DNA from: Minisyncoccia bacterium
GTDB lineage: Bacteria > Patescibacteriota > Minisyncoccia > Moranbacterales > GCA-2747515
Assembly: GCA_041738235.1 (NCBI GenBank)
Contig: JBGSQF010000013.1
Coordinates: 321,899-385,898, forward strand
Direction: 5' to 3'
Length of the DNA: 64,000 nucleotides
Part shown: positions 26,828 through 35,772 of the stretch, in pieces
How the letters are laid out: each line of letters opens with the position of its first letter
Numbering within the stretch: the stretch's first letter is position 1
Position numbers and translations under genes: made by a program
Notes under the pieces: generated by a model
The model's database searches: none
What the model was told of the DNA's origin: nothing
Seen by the model: the letters and a program-made list of their open reading frames with translations, nothing else

Positions 26828-29800
26828 ATGCAAGAAAAAGATCTCACCTCATCATCCAAATACTTTTCTCAACTTTCCTTCGATCCAAAACTCCGAAAAG
26901 GTTTTTTCCATTTCTTTGTATCACGTCCACGTATCGTGATCCTAATGATCATTCTTCTCACGGGCTGGGGATCCTACGCTTATCTGACACTCCCGAGAGA
27001 ATCCAGTCCAGAGGTAAAAATCCCTGTAGCGATCGTATCTGTAGTTTTCCCTGGAGCCTCTCCAAATGATGTAGAGGAACTCGTGACCAAGAAAGTTGAA
27101 ACGGAACTCTCCTCTCTCAAGGGGGTCGACAAAATTCAGTCCTCTTCTTCCAACTCCCTCTCCATAACCACGGTCAATTTTAGTGCGAGTGAAAATCTCG
27201 AAAATGCCATTCGCAGTGTTCGTGATTCCGTCGATAACATCAGATCAAAACTTCCCGACCAAGCAAATGACCCGGTCGTTTCAGAAGTGTCCTTCAGCGA
27301 TCAACCGATCCTTACCCTTTCTCTTACTGGACCCTATGATGGTACGACACTCTATACCTATGCCGAAACGCTCAAAAAAGAACTCGAGAAAGTTTCCGGG
27401 GTCCGCGAAGTGATCCTTTCAGGAGGTGAGCAAACGGAATTTTCCATAAATTACATTCCTGAAAAGATCTCTTTTTACGGTATCTCACCCGCGGTAGCCA
27501 ATCAGGCAGTCACTGCTCGAAATACCTCCATTCCGGGAGGAAATTATGATGGACAATCCTTTTCCTATCCAATACGTTCCGATGCCCGATTCTTCGACGC
27601 CAAGGCACTCGGCGAAACACCCATTCTCACTACTAAAGATGGTGCCGTAGTACTCCTACGGGACATCGCCACCATTTCTGAAAGTCCGATCCCTCGTACG
27701 ACCGCTTCACGATTTTCCTTAAATGGTTCAGTACCCGAAAATGCTGTTACGCTCGATATCAAAAAGAAGACTGGAGGATCGGTACTGGATATTGTAGAAA
27801 ACGCAAAAAAAAGAGCAACAGAACTTACTCCCTCCTTTGGCGAAGGTATCAAGATCGAGACCACCGTGGATTTCTCAGAACAGATCCGTGAAGACTTTGA
27901 TCAACTAGGGAAAGACTTTGCCATTACCGTTCTTTTGGTGGTGGGTACGCTCTTCCTTATAGTGGGTCTCAAAGAAGCCTTCATCGCGGGACTAGCAATA
28001 CCCATGGTGTTCTTCTCGACCTTTGGGGTCATGATGGCCACGGGTACATCACTCAACTTTCTTTCTCTCTTTTCACTCATCCTATCCCTTGGGCTTCTAG
28101 TAGACGACGCTATCGTAGTAGTGTCGGCCACCAAGCAATATCTGCGAAGCGGAAAATTCACTCCTGAAGAGGCGATCCTTTTGGTCCTCCGTGACTTCAA
28201 GATCGTACTCCTTACCACCACACTCGCCACTACGTTCGCCTTCCTTCCTCTTCTCTTGGCAAGTGGAATCATCGGAGAATTCATCAAATCGATCCCTATC
28301 ACCGTTTCTGTGACCCTCATCTCTTCACTGATCATAGCGCTCATTATCAATAACCCCCTTGCGGCCGCATTGGAACGAATACGTTTCACGAGAGCTTTCC
28401 TCTGGATAACGATCGCTATACTTATTCTCTTCTCCTGGACCTCTCTTGCATGGATCCCTGGCATCGCCGGATATTTCGGAGCCTCACTGGCGCTGGCTGG
28501 CATCGTGTCCCTGCTTTTTTTCCGATTCTCCAAAAAAGGAGAGTCTACACTCAACACCAACGAGCGTCTACTTCAAGAGGAACGCCGAAGTGACGAGCTC
28601 ATAAAGAAGCGTCTTCAGACTAGCACTATTGATCATCCTGACTTCTTTCATCGACTCCTCCATGGCATCGTCGGATTTGAAAGAATTATCCCGGTCTACG
28701 GTCGAGCTCTCAACTACGTTCTCGCCTCCAAAAAACATCGGGTTATAACACTGATCGCGACAGTGCTTCTTTTTCTTGCTACGCTTACCCTTCCTGTTCT
28801 CGGCATCGTCAAAACGGAGTTTTTTCCTTCAACGGACAGTAACCTGCTCTTCATCAATGTCACCGCATCATCAGGACTCAAGCTTGACGAAACAGACAGG
28901 CTCACTATGCGTGTTGAAGAAAAACTTCGCAACTACAAAGAGATAGAAAGTTTCTCTACCATTGTAGGACGCGCCGGAATATCCACCAATGGTCCGGGAG
29001 GCTCTGCCGGAGATTCATCAAATCTTGCCGGGATCACCGTTCGGCTGGTAGATAAAAAGGATCGCACGACTCCTTCGTACGACCTTGCCACAAAGATCCG
29101 TAATGACCTCGCAACGATAAACGATGCTGATATCACCGTCGAAGCGGAGCAAGGTGGCCCTCCTGCCGGTGCCGCCTTTGAAGCGCGTATCACCGGAGAT
29201 GACCTCCGCGTTCTCTCCGCGACGGCCGATGATCTTAAAAAGATCCTCGAAACGATCCCCGGTGTCGTAGGGGCCGATATTTCCCTCAAGGAAGCCCCTG
29301 CAGAATACACGTTCACGCTCGATCCCGATCGAGTAGCCCTTTATGGACTCGACGCTACTTCGGTCGGATCCACATTGCGCATGGCCATTTCCGGCGTAGA
29401 GATCTCAACAGTCCTCCGAGACAACAAAGAATATTCCGTTGTCGCACGATTTGATAAACAATATATTTCCACACTTGAATCAGTTCAAAATCTTGAAATA
29501 ATAAATAGAAATGGGACCCCCGTATTTCTCAAGGACGTTGCCAAGATCGAGCTCAAGCCCTCGGTAAATTCCATCGCGCGTACCGATGAACAGCGCGTTG
29601 TCACATTGGCCGCCGGTGTTGAAGGAAAAACCAACCCACAAGATATTCTCAAAGCCTTCCAGGAAAAGGTTGCGAAAGAGTATACCCTCCCCGAAGGGTA
29701 CAGCATCGGCTATGGTGGTCAAAACGAGGAAAATGCCAAGTCGGTGCAATCGATCCTCCAGGCGATGATAATTGCTGCGGCACTTATCATTACCGTACTT

Positions 29801-30235
29801 GTCATCCAATTCAACTCTTTCCGGAAGGCAGTACTTGTGCTTGTCACATTACCTCTTGCGCTCATTGGGGTATTCATCGGGCTCGCGCTATTTCAGATCC
29901 CGCTCTCCTTCCCCGGACTCATCGGGATCCTGGCGCTTTTTGGTATCGTCGTAAAAAATGCCATCATCTTGGTTGATAAAATAAATCTCAATCTTAAAAC
30001 GGGCATTCCTTTTGCCGAGTCAGTGCTTGATGCCGGAAAATCTCGTATCGAAGCGATCGTCATCACCTCGCTCTGTACCATCCTCGGCATCCTCCCCGTC
30101 ACGCTCAGCAATGACACCTGGCGAGCACTAGGCAGTGCCGTCATCTTCGGTCTGGTCTTTTCTTCTTTCCTCACACTCTTTATTATCCCCACACTCTACT
30201 TCGTCATCGCTCGGAAAGAAGAACGGGAAAAATAA
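26828..30235 (+). CDS. efflux RND transporter permease (AcrB/HAE family, 1135 aa)
   Basis: Twelve TM helices with two large periplasmic loops. The conserved TM4/TM10 regions are typical of ACR_tran proteins. Confidence 0.85.
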   Translation: MQEKDLTSSSKYFSQLSFDPKLRKGFFHFFVSRPRIVILMIILLTGWGSYAYLTLPRESSPEVKIPVAIVSVVFPGASPNDVEELVTKKVETELSSLKGVDKIQSSSSNSLSITTVNFSASENLENAIRSVRDSVDNIRSKLPDQANDPVVSEVSFSDQPILTLSLTGPYDGTTLYTYAETLKKELEKVSGVREVILSGGEQTEFSINYIPEKISFYGISPAVANQAVTARNTSIPGGNYDGQSFSYPIRSDARFFDAKALGETPILTTKDGAVVLLRDIATISESPIPRTTASRFSLNGSVPENAVTLDIKKKTGGSVLDIVENAKKRATELTPSFGEGIKIETTVDFSEQIREDFDQLGKDFAITVLLVVGTLFLIVGLKEAFIAGLAIPMVFFSTFGVMMATGTSLNFLSLFSLILSLGLLVDDAIVVVSATKQYLRSGKFTPEEAILLVLRDFKIVLLTTTLATTFAFLPLLLASGIIGEFIKSIPITVSVTLISSLIIALIINNPLAAALERIRFTRAFLWITIAILILFSWTSLAWIPGIAGYFGASLALAGIVSLLFFRFSKKGESTLNTNERLLQEERRSDELIKKRLQTSTIDHPDFFHRLLHGIVGFERIIPVYGRALNYVLASKKHRVITLIATVLLFLATLTLPVLGIVKTEFFPSTDSNLLFINVTASSGLKLDETDRLTMRVEEKLRNYKEIESFSTIVGRAGISTNGPGGSAGDSSNLAGITVRLVDKKDRTTPSYDLATKIRNDLATINDADITVEAEQGGPPAGAAFEARITGDDLRVLSATADDLKKILETIPGVVGADISLKEAPAEYTFTLDPDRVALYGLDATSVGSTLRMAISGVEISTVLRDNKEYSVVARFDKQYISTLESVQNLEIINRNGTPVFLKDVAKIELKPSVNSIARTDEQRVVTLAAGVEGKTNPQDILKAFQEKVAKEYTLPEGYSIGYGGQNEENAKSVQSILQAMIIAAALIITVLVIQFNSFRKAVLVLVTLPLALIGVFIGLALFQIPLSFPGLIGILALFGIVVKNAIILVDKINLNLKTGIPFAESVLDAGKSRIEAIVITSLCTILGILPVTLSNDTWRALGSAVIFGLVFSSFLTLFIIPTLYFVIARKEEREK

Positions 30236-30258
30236 AAATTTTCCATTTTTCCATTTTT

Positions 30259-30290
30259 AAAGGGGTCCCGTTGTGGTCCCTTTTCCTTTT
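30259..30290. terminator. possible terminator between convergent genes
   Basis: AAAGGG-(13 nt)-CCCTTTTCCTTTT. Weak stem. Confidence 0.3.
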
Positions 30291-30412
30291 GTCCGAGTGG
30301 ATGTTCCTGTCTCACTTTCCCTACCAGGCTCTAGGGGTCGTTGCCCCCTCTATGTCAATATATCACAAAACACCTCTTGTGAGCCGTTTTATTCACACAC
30401 AAACTTATAGGA

Positions 30413-30733
30413 TCACAGGCCCTCCCCCTTCAAAGCGCCCTCCATCTTCTTCCCTTCCGCGTCCACCGTTCCCTGCACATCTTCAGCAGCTTCCTTGGCA
30501 GAGTTTAGCTGCTCCAGACGTGTCTTGGGAACCGATCCATCAGGACCCGCGGGAAGCAAATTCTGCACCTCAGTTCCCACACCCTTTTCTTCCGAAGAAA
30601 GGTAGATCTTTACAAATAACATCACAATGATCGCCGTTGCCAAAAGAAGCACGAGAAGTCCAATAAAACCTTTTTTATTTTTATGCATAGTATTGAGCTT
30701 AGCTGTTTTACACAAACCAAACGTACACCCCAT
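30413..30733 (-). CDS. small membrane-anchored hypothetical protein
   Basis: Probable start at the internal Met (MHKNKKGFIGLLVLLLATAIIV). Single TM and a low-complexity tail. Confidence 0.35.
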   Translation of the reverse strand: MGCTFGLCKTAKLNTMHKNKKGFIGLLVLLLATAIIVMLFVKIYLSSEEKGVGTEVQNLLPAGPDGSVPKTRLEQLNSAKEAAEDVQGTVDAEGKKMEGALKGEGL

Positions 30734-30992
30734 AGAGAAGTGCTATGTTTTGTACGATCAACATTGGAATACCCAGTACAAAGTACCACTTGCGCGTTTT
30801 GTGTCGGAACACCCACATCCCCGCATACACTCCCACGCTCCCAAACATCGTCGCCAAGAAAAACAGCATTCCTTCCGAGATCCGTTCCGCACCCTCCTTT
30901 TTTGATCGCATTTTATCCCACAAAATAACCAAGAATGCACCCACATTCACAACTGCAAAAAAGTATATGAAGATACGGGAAATATTCTCCAT
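30708..30992 (-). CDS. DUF1294-family small membrane protein
   Basis: 94 aa, WDK..SKK...RISE...FRHKTRK motif typical of DUF1294. Confidence 0.55.
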   Translation of the reverse strand: MENISRIFIYFFAVVNVGAFLVILWDKMRSKKEGAERISEGMLFFLATMFGSVGVYAGMWVFRHKTRKWYFVLGIPMLIVQNIALLYGVYVWFV

Positions 30993-31010
30993 ATTGATCC
31001 TCGTAAAGGT

Positions 31011-31547
31011 TTATATGACTTCTTCTCGTTGAGATCTCTCCCACTCCTCTATTCGCTTACTCGCCCTCTCCATATAATGTGCAAATACCGATCCCTCCCG
31101 GGACACCCCCTCCACCTCTACTGTTTCATGCATAAATTCTATCTGCAAAACATCCTGCATAATAGGCAAGATATCATCCCGATCGGCAACAACGCTTTGT
31201 CGCGCAAAGAATTCAACACGTGGGGAGTCAGGCATATTTCTATTGGTCATAAACTTTTTTTTAGACTCTTCTTCCCATTCTTCCCGTAGTGATCCTGTAA
31301 GATCAAATGACTGGTCTTTCATGATCTTTCCCTTTTCTTCTGCCAAATGAGCGAGAACTTTGTTGAGTTTGGGGTAAATTCCGGATTCAAGAAACGATGC
31401 GTATATTCTTCTCATTCTTACGACTCTCTGATCCTGTGAGGAACGAAAAATATTTTCCATAGAATGCCTCCACTCCTTAACCCTTCTCATATCTTCTCCT
31501 ACAAACTTTCCTTGCATATCCATCTCCGGAAAATATTCTGCCTTCAT
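31011..31547 (-). CDS. hypothetical protein (178 aa)
   Basis: ORF with no recognisable motif. Confidence 0.45.
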   Translation of the reverse strand: MKAEYFPEMDMQGKFVGEDMRRVKEWRHSMENIFRSSQDQRVVRMRRIYASFLESGIYPKLNKVLAHLAEEKGKIMKDQSFDLTGSLREEWEEESKKKFMTNRNMPDSPRVEFFARQSVVADRDDILPIMQDVLQIEFMHETVEVEGVSREGSVFAHYMERASKRIEEWERSQREEVI

Positions 31548-31678
31548 AGAGTACTCTTTAAATGTTATACCCTCATATTACACGAAAAATAATTAATCCC
31601 AAAATCCTTCTTGTTATCCCCATCTACGTTCTTCCGTTTGTCAGACACCGTTTCCCCTGCTACAATATCCTTACAAAT

Positions 31679-33442
31679 ATGAAAGAGTTTTCCCTTTCGA
31701 ACAATATTTTTCTCTTCTTCTCTGGATGGGGATTTTTAGGTGTTCTCTTGGCATGGACAGGAAAATTTAACGCTTTCTGGTTTATCGCTTATACCATCGT
31801 CTTTTGTATGATCACCCTTCTTGTCGCTTGGCGATCCAGACACAAGGTTTCAGATGCTAGACCTTCTTCTCTCCTCTCACGACTCTCCCACTACCTCTTC
31901 CCCGCACTTCTTGCATGTCTTCTTGCTTCCTTTTTTCAACCCACAACCTACTTCTCCGGACGCGATGAGGGATCTATCTTTCAAGCTTCCTTTGAACTAG
32001 AGCAAACACGCTCCCTGGCATTTTCTTCCCCAGAGTCCCGTGCGTTCTTTGATATCTATCATAAAGGCCGGGCTCTCAATTATCCCGGATTTTACTACAC
32101 TGAAAATGGATCACTGACCACACAATTTCCTATTGCGTACATCGCATGGCTCGCCTCATTCCTCTCCCTCTTTGGGCTGACCGGACTTATGGTCGCCAAT
32201 GGCACGCTCTTATTCCTCTTCTTTCTTGCGGTCACACATATCATCCAAACATTTGCTCCGAAAAAATGGGGTGTGATCGGGATGATCCTTCTCGCCACCT
32301 CCTTCCCAATATTTTGGTTTTCGCGATTTACGCTCAGCGAGAATTTTGCCCTTGCTTTCCTTTGGATATTTATTTGGAGCATCTACGCTTTCGCTCACAG
32401 CCCGGATCGAAAAAAATTATTTCTTCTATTGCTTACTGGAACACTTCTGCTTTTTGGACGCATAGAAGGGATCGCCTTTCTAGGAATGGCTGCTCTTTTT
32501 CTGTTCTACAAAAAAAATACACGAGTTTTTCTCACAAAAAGTATTTGGATCCATATTATTCTTCCGCTCATCCTATTTGCTCTCTTGGCTTTCATATCAT
32601 TTTCCGTGAACACGCCCTTCTACATCACCATCGTCAAAGGGTTTTTGGAAGGATCCTCAGAGGCGCTGAGCAATGCCCCATCAATTCTCTCTACGTTCAT
32701 TGACCGAATAAGCATTCTGTTCCTCTATGGGATCGGGCTTTCTCTACTCCTTGGAAGTGTCGGTTTCTACTTTCTCGTGAAAGAAAGATCCAAAGAAAAC
32801 GCTCTTACCGCTACCCTTTGGATAGTGCTCCCTTCATTCTTATATCTGTTTATATCTTTTATATCTCCCGACCATCCTTGGATGCTACGTAGATTTATGT
32901 TCTCGATCGTGCCGACCTTCCTGCTCTTTTCCATATTCCTTTGTGTCAAAGCAGAATCACCACGACACCGATTCCGAGGGTACGCATTCGCATTCGTACT
33001 GCTCATCGCGCAACTCAGCTCTCTCCTTTATTTCTTTCCCATTTCACAAGGAGATGACCTTCTCAGGTCGACCAAAAATATAGCGGCTTCCTTGCCAGAG
33101 AACGACCTCGTACTCGTGGACCAACTGGCTAGCGGAGATGGATTTCATATGCTGTCAGGTCCGCTCCAAACCCTCCTCAGTCGTCATGCCCTTTATTTTA
33201 TGAACCCCTATGACCTCGATCGTCTCGATCTCTCGGATTTTTCTACTGTCTCCCTCCTCGTTCCCGAAGGTCGTGAGGATATCTATGCACCCATACTGGC
33301 TGAACACGGTGCACGAAGAATGAATACCTTTCCGATATCCTTTTCCACACTCGAAAGCACCTCACTTTCTTCCCACCAATTCCCCAAAAAAATTCATATC
33401 GAGCAAAATGTTATTCTCTATCGATGGGAAGCATCAGAGTAG
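31679..33442 (+). CDS. polytopic membrane protein, putative GT-C-fold glycosyltransferase (ArnT/PMT-like)
   Basis: ATG at 31679 precedes the first TM. About 12 TM helices with a large C-terminal soluble domain. Architecture resembles 4-amino-arabinose/mannosyl transferases. No residue-level confirmation. Confidence 0.5.
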   Translation: MKEFSLSNNIFLFFSGWGFLGVLLAWTGKFNAFWFIAYTIVFCMITLLVAWRSRHKVSDARPSSLLSRLSHYLFPALLACLLASFFQPTTYFSGRDEGSIFQASFELEQTRSLAFSSPESRAFFDIYHKGRALNYPGFYYTENGSLTTQFPIAYIAWLASFLSLFGLTGLMVANGTLLFLFFLAVTHIIQTFAPKKWGVIGMILLATSFPIFWFSRFTLSENFALAFLWIFIWSIYAFAHSPDRKKLFLLLLTGTLLLFGRIEGIAFLGMAALFLFYKKNTRVFLTKSIWIHIILPLILFALLAFISFSVNTPFYITIVKGFLEGSSEALSNAPSILSTFIDRISILFLYGIGLSLLLGSVGFYFLVKERSKENALTATLWIVLPSFLYLFISFISPDHPWMLRRFMFSIVPTFLLFSIFLCVKAESPRHRFRGYAFAFVLLIAQLSSLLYFFPISQGDDLLRSTKNIAASLPENDLVLVDQLASGDGFHMLSGPLQTLLSRHALYFMNPYDLDRLDLSDFSTVSLLVPEGREDIYAPILAEHGARRMNTFPISFSTLESTSLSSHQFPKKIHIEQNVILYRWEASE

Positions 33443-33492
33443 AAGAATATTCCGCTCAACAAATCACAATTTCTTTAAATGATCTTAAAAAG

Positions 33493-33518
33493 AACGGCCC
33501 TATAAAGCCGTTTTTTTT
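33493..33518 (+). terminator. rho-independent terminator of the GT-C gene
   Basis: AACGGC-CCTATAAA-GCCGTT followed by T8. Confidence 0.55.
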
Positions 33519-33527
33519 GTTTAATTA

Positions 33528-33556
33528 TTGACACTTATCAATAATAATGCTATAAT
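33528..33556 (+). promoter_or_regulatory. consensus sigma70-type promoter (TTGACA-17-TATAAT) driving the GC-rich small gene
   Basis: Perfect -35 (33528-33533) and -10 (33551-33556) with a 17-nt spacer. Followed by a ~120-nt GC-rich structured leader (hairpin TGGAGGA-ACCC-TCCTCCA) and SD AAAGGAG before the ATG at 33680. Confidence 0.55.
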
Positions 33557-33679
33557 ATACGGTTAATTTTCGTTCCTTAAAATGGCGTGAAACTTCTCGC
33601 GAGCATGGTGTGGAGGAACCCTCCTCCACGACTCACTCGCGGGAAACCCCCGCAATCCACATACAGAAAAGGAGCAGAA

Positions 33680-34060
33680 ATGAAGCCCGAGCGAGTTCTA
33701 GCTTTCGGAATATCAGTCATGGTGGCATTGGCCATTTGGCTCTGGGTCGAAGGGCGGGAGGAGGTGCGGGTGCGGGAGATCACTCACGCTCTCCAGCACC
33801 TCAACCGCGGAGACGCGGTCATCTTCCGCGACGGACGTCACGGGGAGGTTGTCCAAGGAAGGGAGTCTCCGCCAGTGGGGATCAGCACCCTGGACGGCGA
33901 GATGACCCTCCCGATCGTCATCATGGAGATCTATGGTCCAGGTGACGGGAAATGGGAGGGGCGGATGACGTACGCCGTCCACCGCGTCGGGGCGATCGCC
34001 CCAGACATCGAGAGGGTCGAGCTGAAGGGAGTTCCGGACCCCCGACCCACCACCCCATAG
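33680..34060 (+). CDS. GC-rich (~63%) small membrane-anchored hypothetical protein (126 aa)
   Basis: ATG with SD AAAGGAG. N-terminal TM (VLAFGISVMVALAIWLW). The ORF track start further upstream lies in the leader. Confidence 0.55.
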   Translation: MKPERVLAFGISVMVALAIWLWVEGREEVRVREITHALQHLNRGDAVIFRDGRHGEVVQGRESPPVGISTLDGEMTLPIVIMEIYGPGDGKWEGRMTYAVHRVGAIAPDIERVELKGVPDPRPTTP

Positions 34061-34092
34061 ATTCGTTTGCCGACGCGTTGGCGAACAAAAAC

Positions 34093-34130
34093 CCCGCTAC
34101 AAAAGATATGTAGCGGGTGTTTTCTTTTTA
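34093..34130. terminator. bidirectional rho-independent terminator
   Basis: Perfect 9-bp stem CCCGCTACA/TGTAGCGGG, then a T-rich run. Sits between convergent genes. Confidence 0.55.
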
Positions 34131-34154
34131 TAGCATTCTTTTTCAAAAGATATT

Positions 34155-35294
34155 TTATTGATCATTTCGTATCCATTCCATCGTCTCTCTTGCACATTTG
34201 TCCCACGAGAATTTTTTGAGCTGCGATCGACCCTTTTCTCTGCATTTCTCTTGAAGTTCTTTGTCCCCCAACACTTGTTGTAGTTTTTCTGTAAGATCGC
34301 CTAGCGAATTTGCATCAAAATACACCGCACCCTCCCCTCCCACTTCTGGAAGACTTGAATTGTTGGCACATATCACCGGAACATCCTGCGCAAACGCTTC
34401 CAAAACAGGCAAACCAAAACCTTCATACAAAGAAGGAAACACGAACACAGAAGCATGTTTATACAGCATTTCTCTTTCTCCGAAGGAAACCAAACCGGGC
34501 AAAACAATGTCTTTAAAGTATTCTGAGCTTCCCGCCGTTTTGATAACATTTTCCCAAAGCCATGCCTTCTCTCCTACGAGCATAAGTTTTAGATCCGAAG
34601 ATCGAGAGTCTTTCTTGAGTCTTTCAAATGCGTGAATGAGCATCTCAAGGTTTTTTCTTGGCTGAATGGCTCCCACATATAATATATATCGAGTATTTGG
34701 TATATCCAGAGCGATCTTCTTACTCGTCATCTGTTCCCTGTTCCCTCCTTCTCGTCCCTCGTTGCTCATGATTTGTTTCTCATATCCATGGTATACCACT
34801 CGTATCTTTTGTTCAGAAATATCCGGATAATACAAAAGAACGTCACGCTTGGTAGACTCCGAAACGGCAATTATACGATCGCTCTTTTTAATTGCTTGAT
34901 CGGTAAGCATTGTAAGGCGCCGGAGGTCACCCTTAGGAAAATGCTCGGGAAATTTGCGAAATGCCAAGTCATGGATCGTCACTATCGTTTCCATCTTCTG
35001 TGGCCGACTCAGCGGAATAGCCTGCATCGGCATCCAGAGTCGATCCGGTCGCGTCTTCCAAAGCTCGAGTGCGAATCGTGTCTGCGTCCAGAAAAAAGGA
35101 AATGGGATAGACCGCACTCTATATTTTGAAAAGTCTTTTGGTTCAAGCAGAGGGTTAAATGTCCCGCGATGATAGATTGAAAACATATCCTGAGGTGCAA
35201 CCTTTCCAAAGCGATTAAGGAGCTCGAGAATATATACGCGTGTTCCATCGATCCGCTTTCCGTCAAGGTCCGCTGCTTGAATGGCGATTTGCAT
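34155..35294 (-). CDS. glycosyltransferase family 4 (GT-B, Glycos_transf_1)
   Basis: C-terminal motif VFVFPSLYEGFGLPVLEAFAQDVPVI and the E-X7-E region typical of GT4 enzymes. Confidence 0.8.
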   Translation of the reverse strand: MQIAIQAADLDGKRIDGTRVYILELLNRFGKVAPQDMFSIYHRGTFNPLLEPKDFSKYRVRSIPFPFFWTQTRFALELWKTRPDRLWMPMQAIPLSRPQKMETIVTIHDLAFRKFPEHFPKGDLRRLTMLTDQAIKKSDRIIAVSESTKRDVLLYYPDISEQKIRVVYHGYEKQIMSNEGREGGNREQMTSKKIALDIPNTRYILYVGAIQPRKNLEMLIHAFERLKKDSRSSDLKLMLVGEKAWLWENVIKTAGSSEYFKDIVLPGLVSFGEREMLYKHASVFVFPSLYEGFGLPVLEAFAQDVPVICANNSSLPEVGGEGAVYFDANSLGDLTEKLQQVLGDKELQEKCREKGRSQLKKFSWDKCARETMEWIRNDQ

Positions 35295-35306
35295 AAATAG
35301 GTATTA

Positions 35307-35759
35307 TTATTCCCAACTCACATTATGTTCTCGCAAAAATATTCTCGAACAGAGTGAGCCTTCTTTCGCCGATCTTTGTAGGTCGCTAAAATCGTCTGTC
35401 CATTTTTGTTCAACATACTGTGTCACACCTTCAAACGCTTGGGGTACAACTGGTTCACCGGCAATGATCTCAACCTCATAATCTCGAAGGATCAGAATAT
35501 ACTCTCCTCTATCAGCGGTGTCTTCACCAAGCATGTTCACTATTCGTACATCTACGCCCAATTTGATCCTTGCTGCGCGCGCAACAGTATCTTCCCACAA
35601 CTCCTGAGGATCCTTCTTTGAGGCCGCTGGAAACCCCCAGTGACCCGCTACGTCCGCATCATCATCTGGACGCCTCACAATAAGAAATTTTGATCTCTCT
35701 GCATTATAGACGACAAGCGCTACAGAAACTGTAACTGGTTTTTCACTATTCATATTCAC
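35307..35759 (-). CDS. Nudix-like hydrolase (divergent)
   Basis: VALVVYN...LIVRR..GHWGFPAA...ELWEDTVARAARIKLG loosely matches the Nudix fold and box. Low confidence. Confidence 0.4.
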   Translation of the reverse strand: MNMNSEKPVTVSVALVVYNAERSKFLIVRRPDDDADVAGHWGFPAASKKDPQELWEDTVARAARIKLGVDVRIVNMLGEDTADRGEYILILRDYEVEIIAGEPVVPQAFEGVTQYVEQKWTDDFSDLQRSAKEGSLCSRIFLREHNVSWE

Positions 35760-35772
35760 GCATTATAACTCA

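Noticed and set aside
27901-28560. 219-aa antisense ORF inside the RND permease gene (and similar antisense ORFs at 28933-29316 and 29893-30192)
   Set aside because: Embedded opposite a strongly supported 1135-aa gene. Typical shadow ORFs of a biased-composition coding region.
30413-30460. Type IV pilin-like N-terminus (KKGFIGLLVLLLATAIIV) in the 106-aa protein
   Set aside because: Lacks the conserved Glu5 and the G/FTLIE prepilin peptidase site. Treated as a generic membrane anchor.
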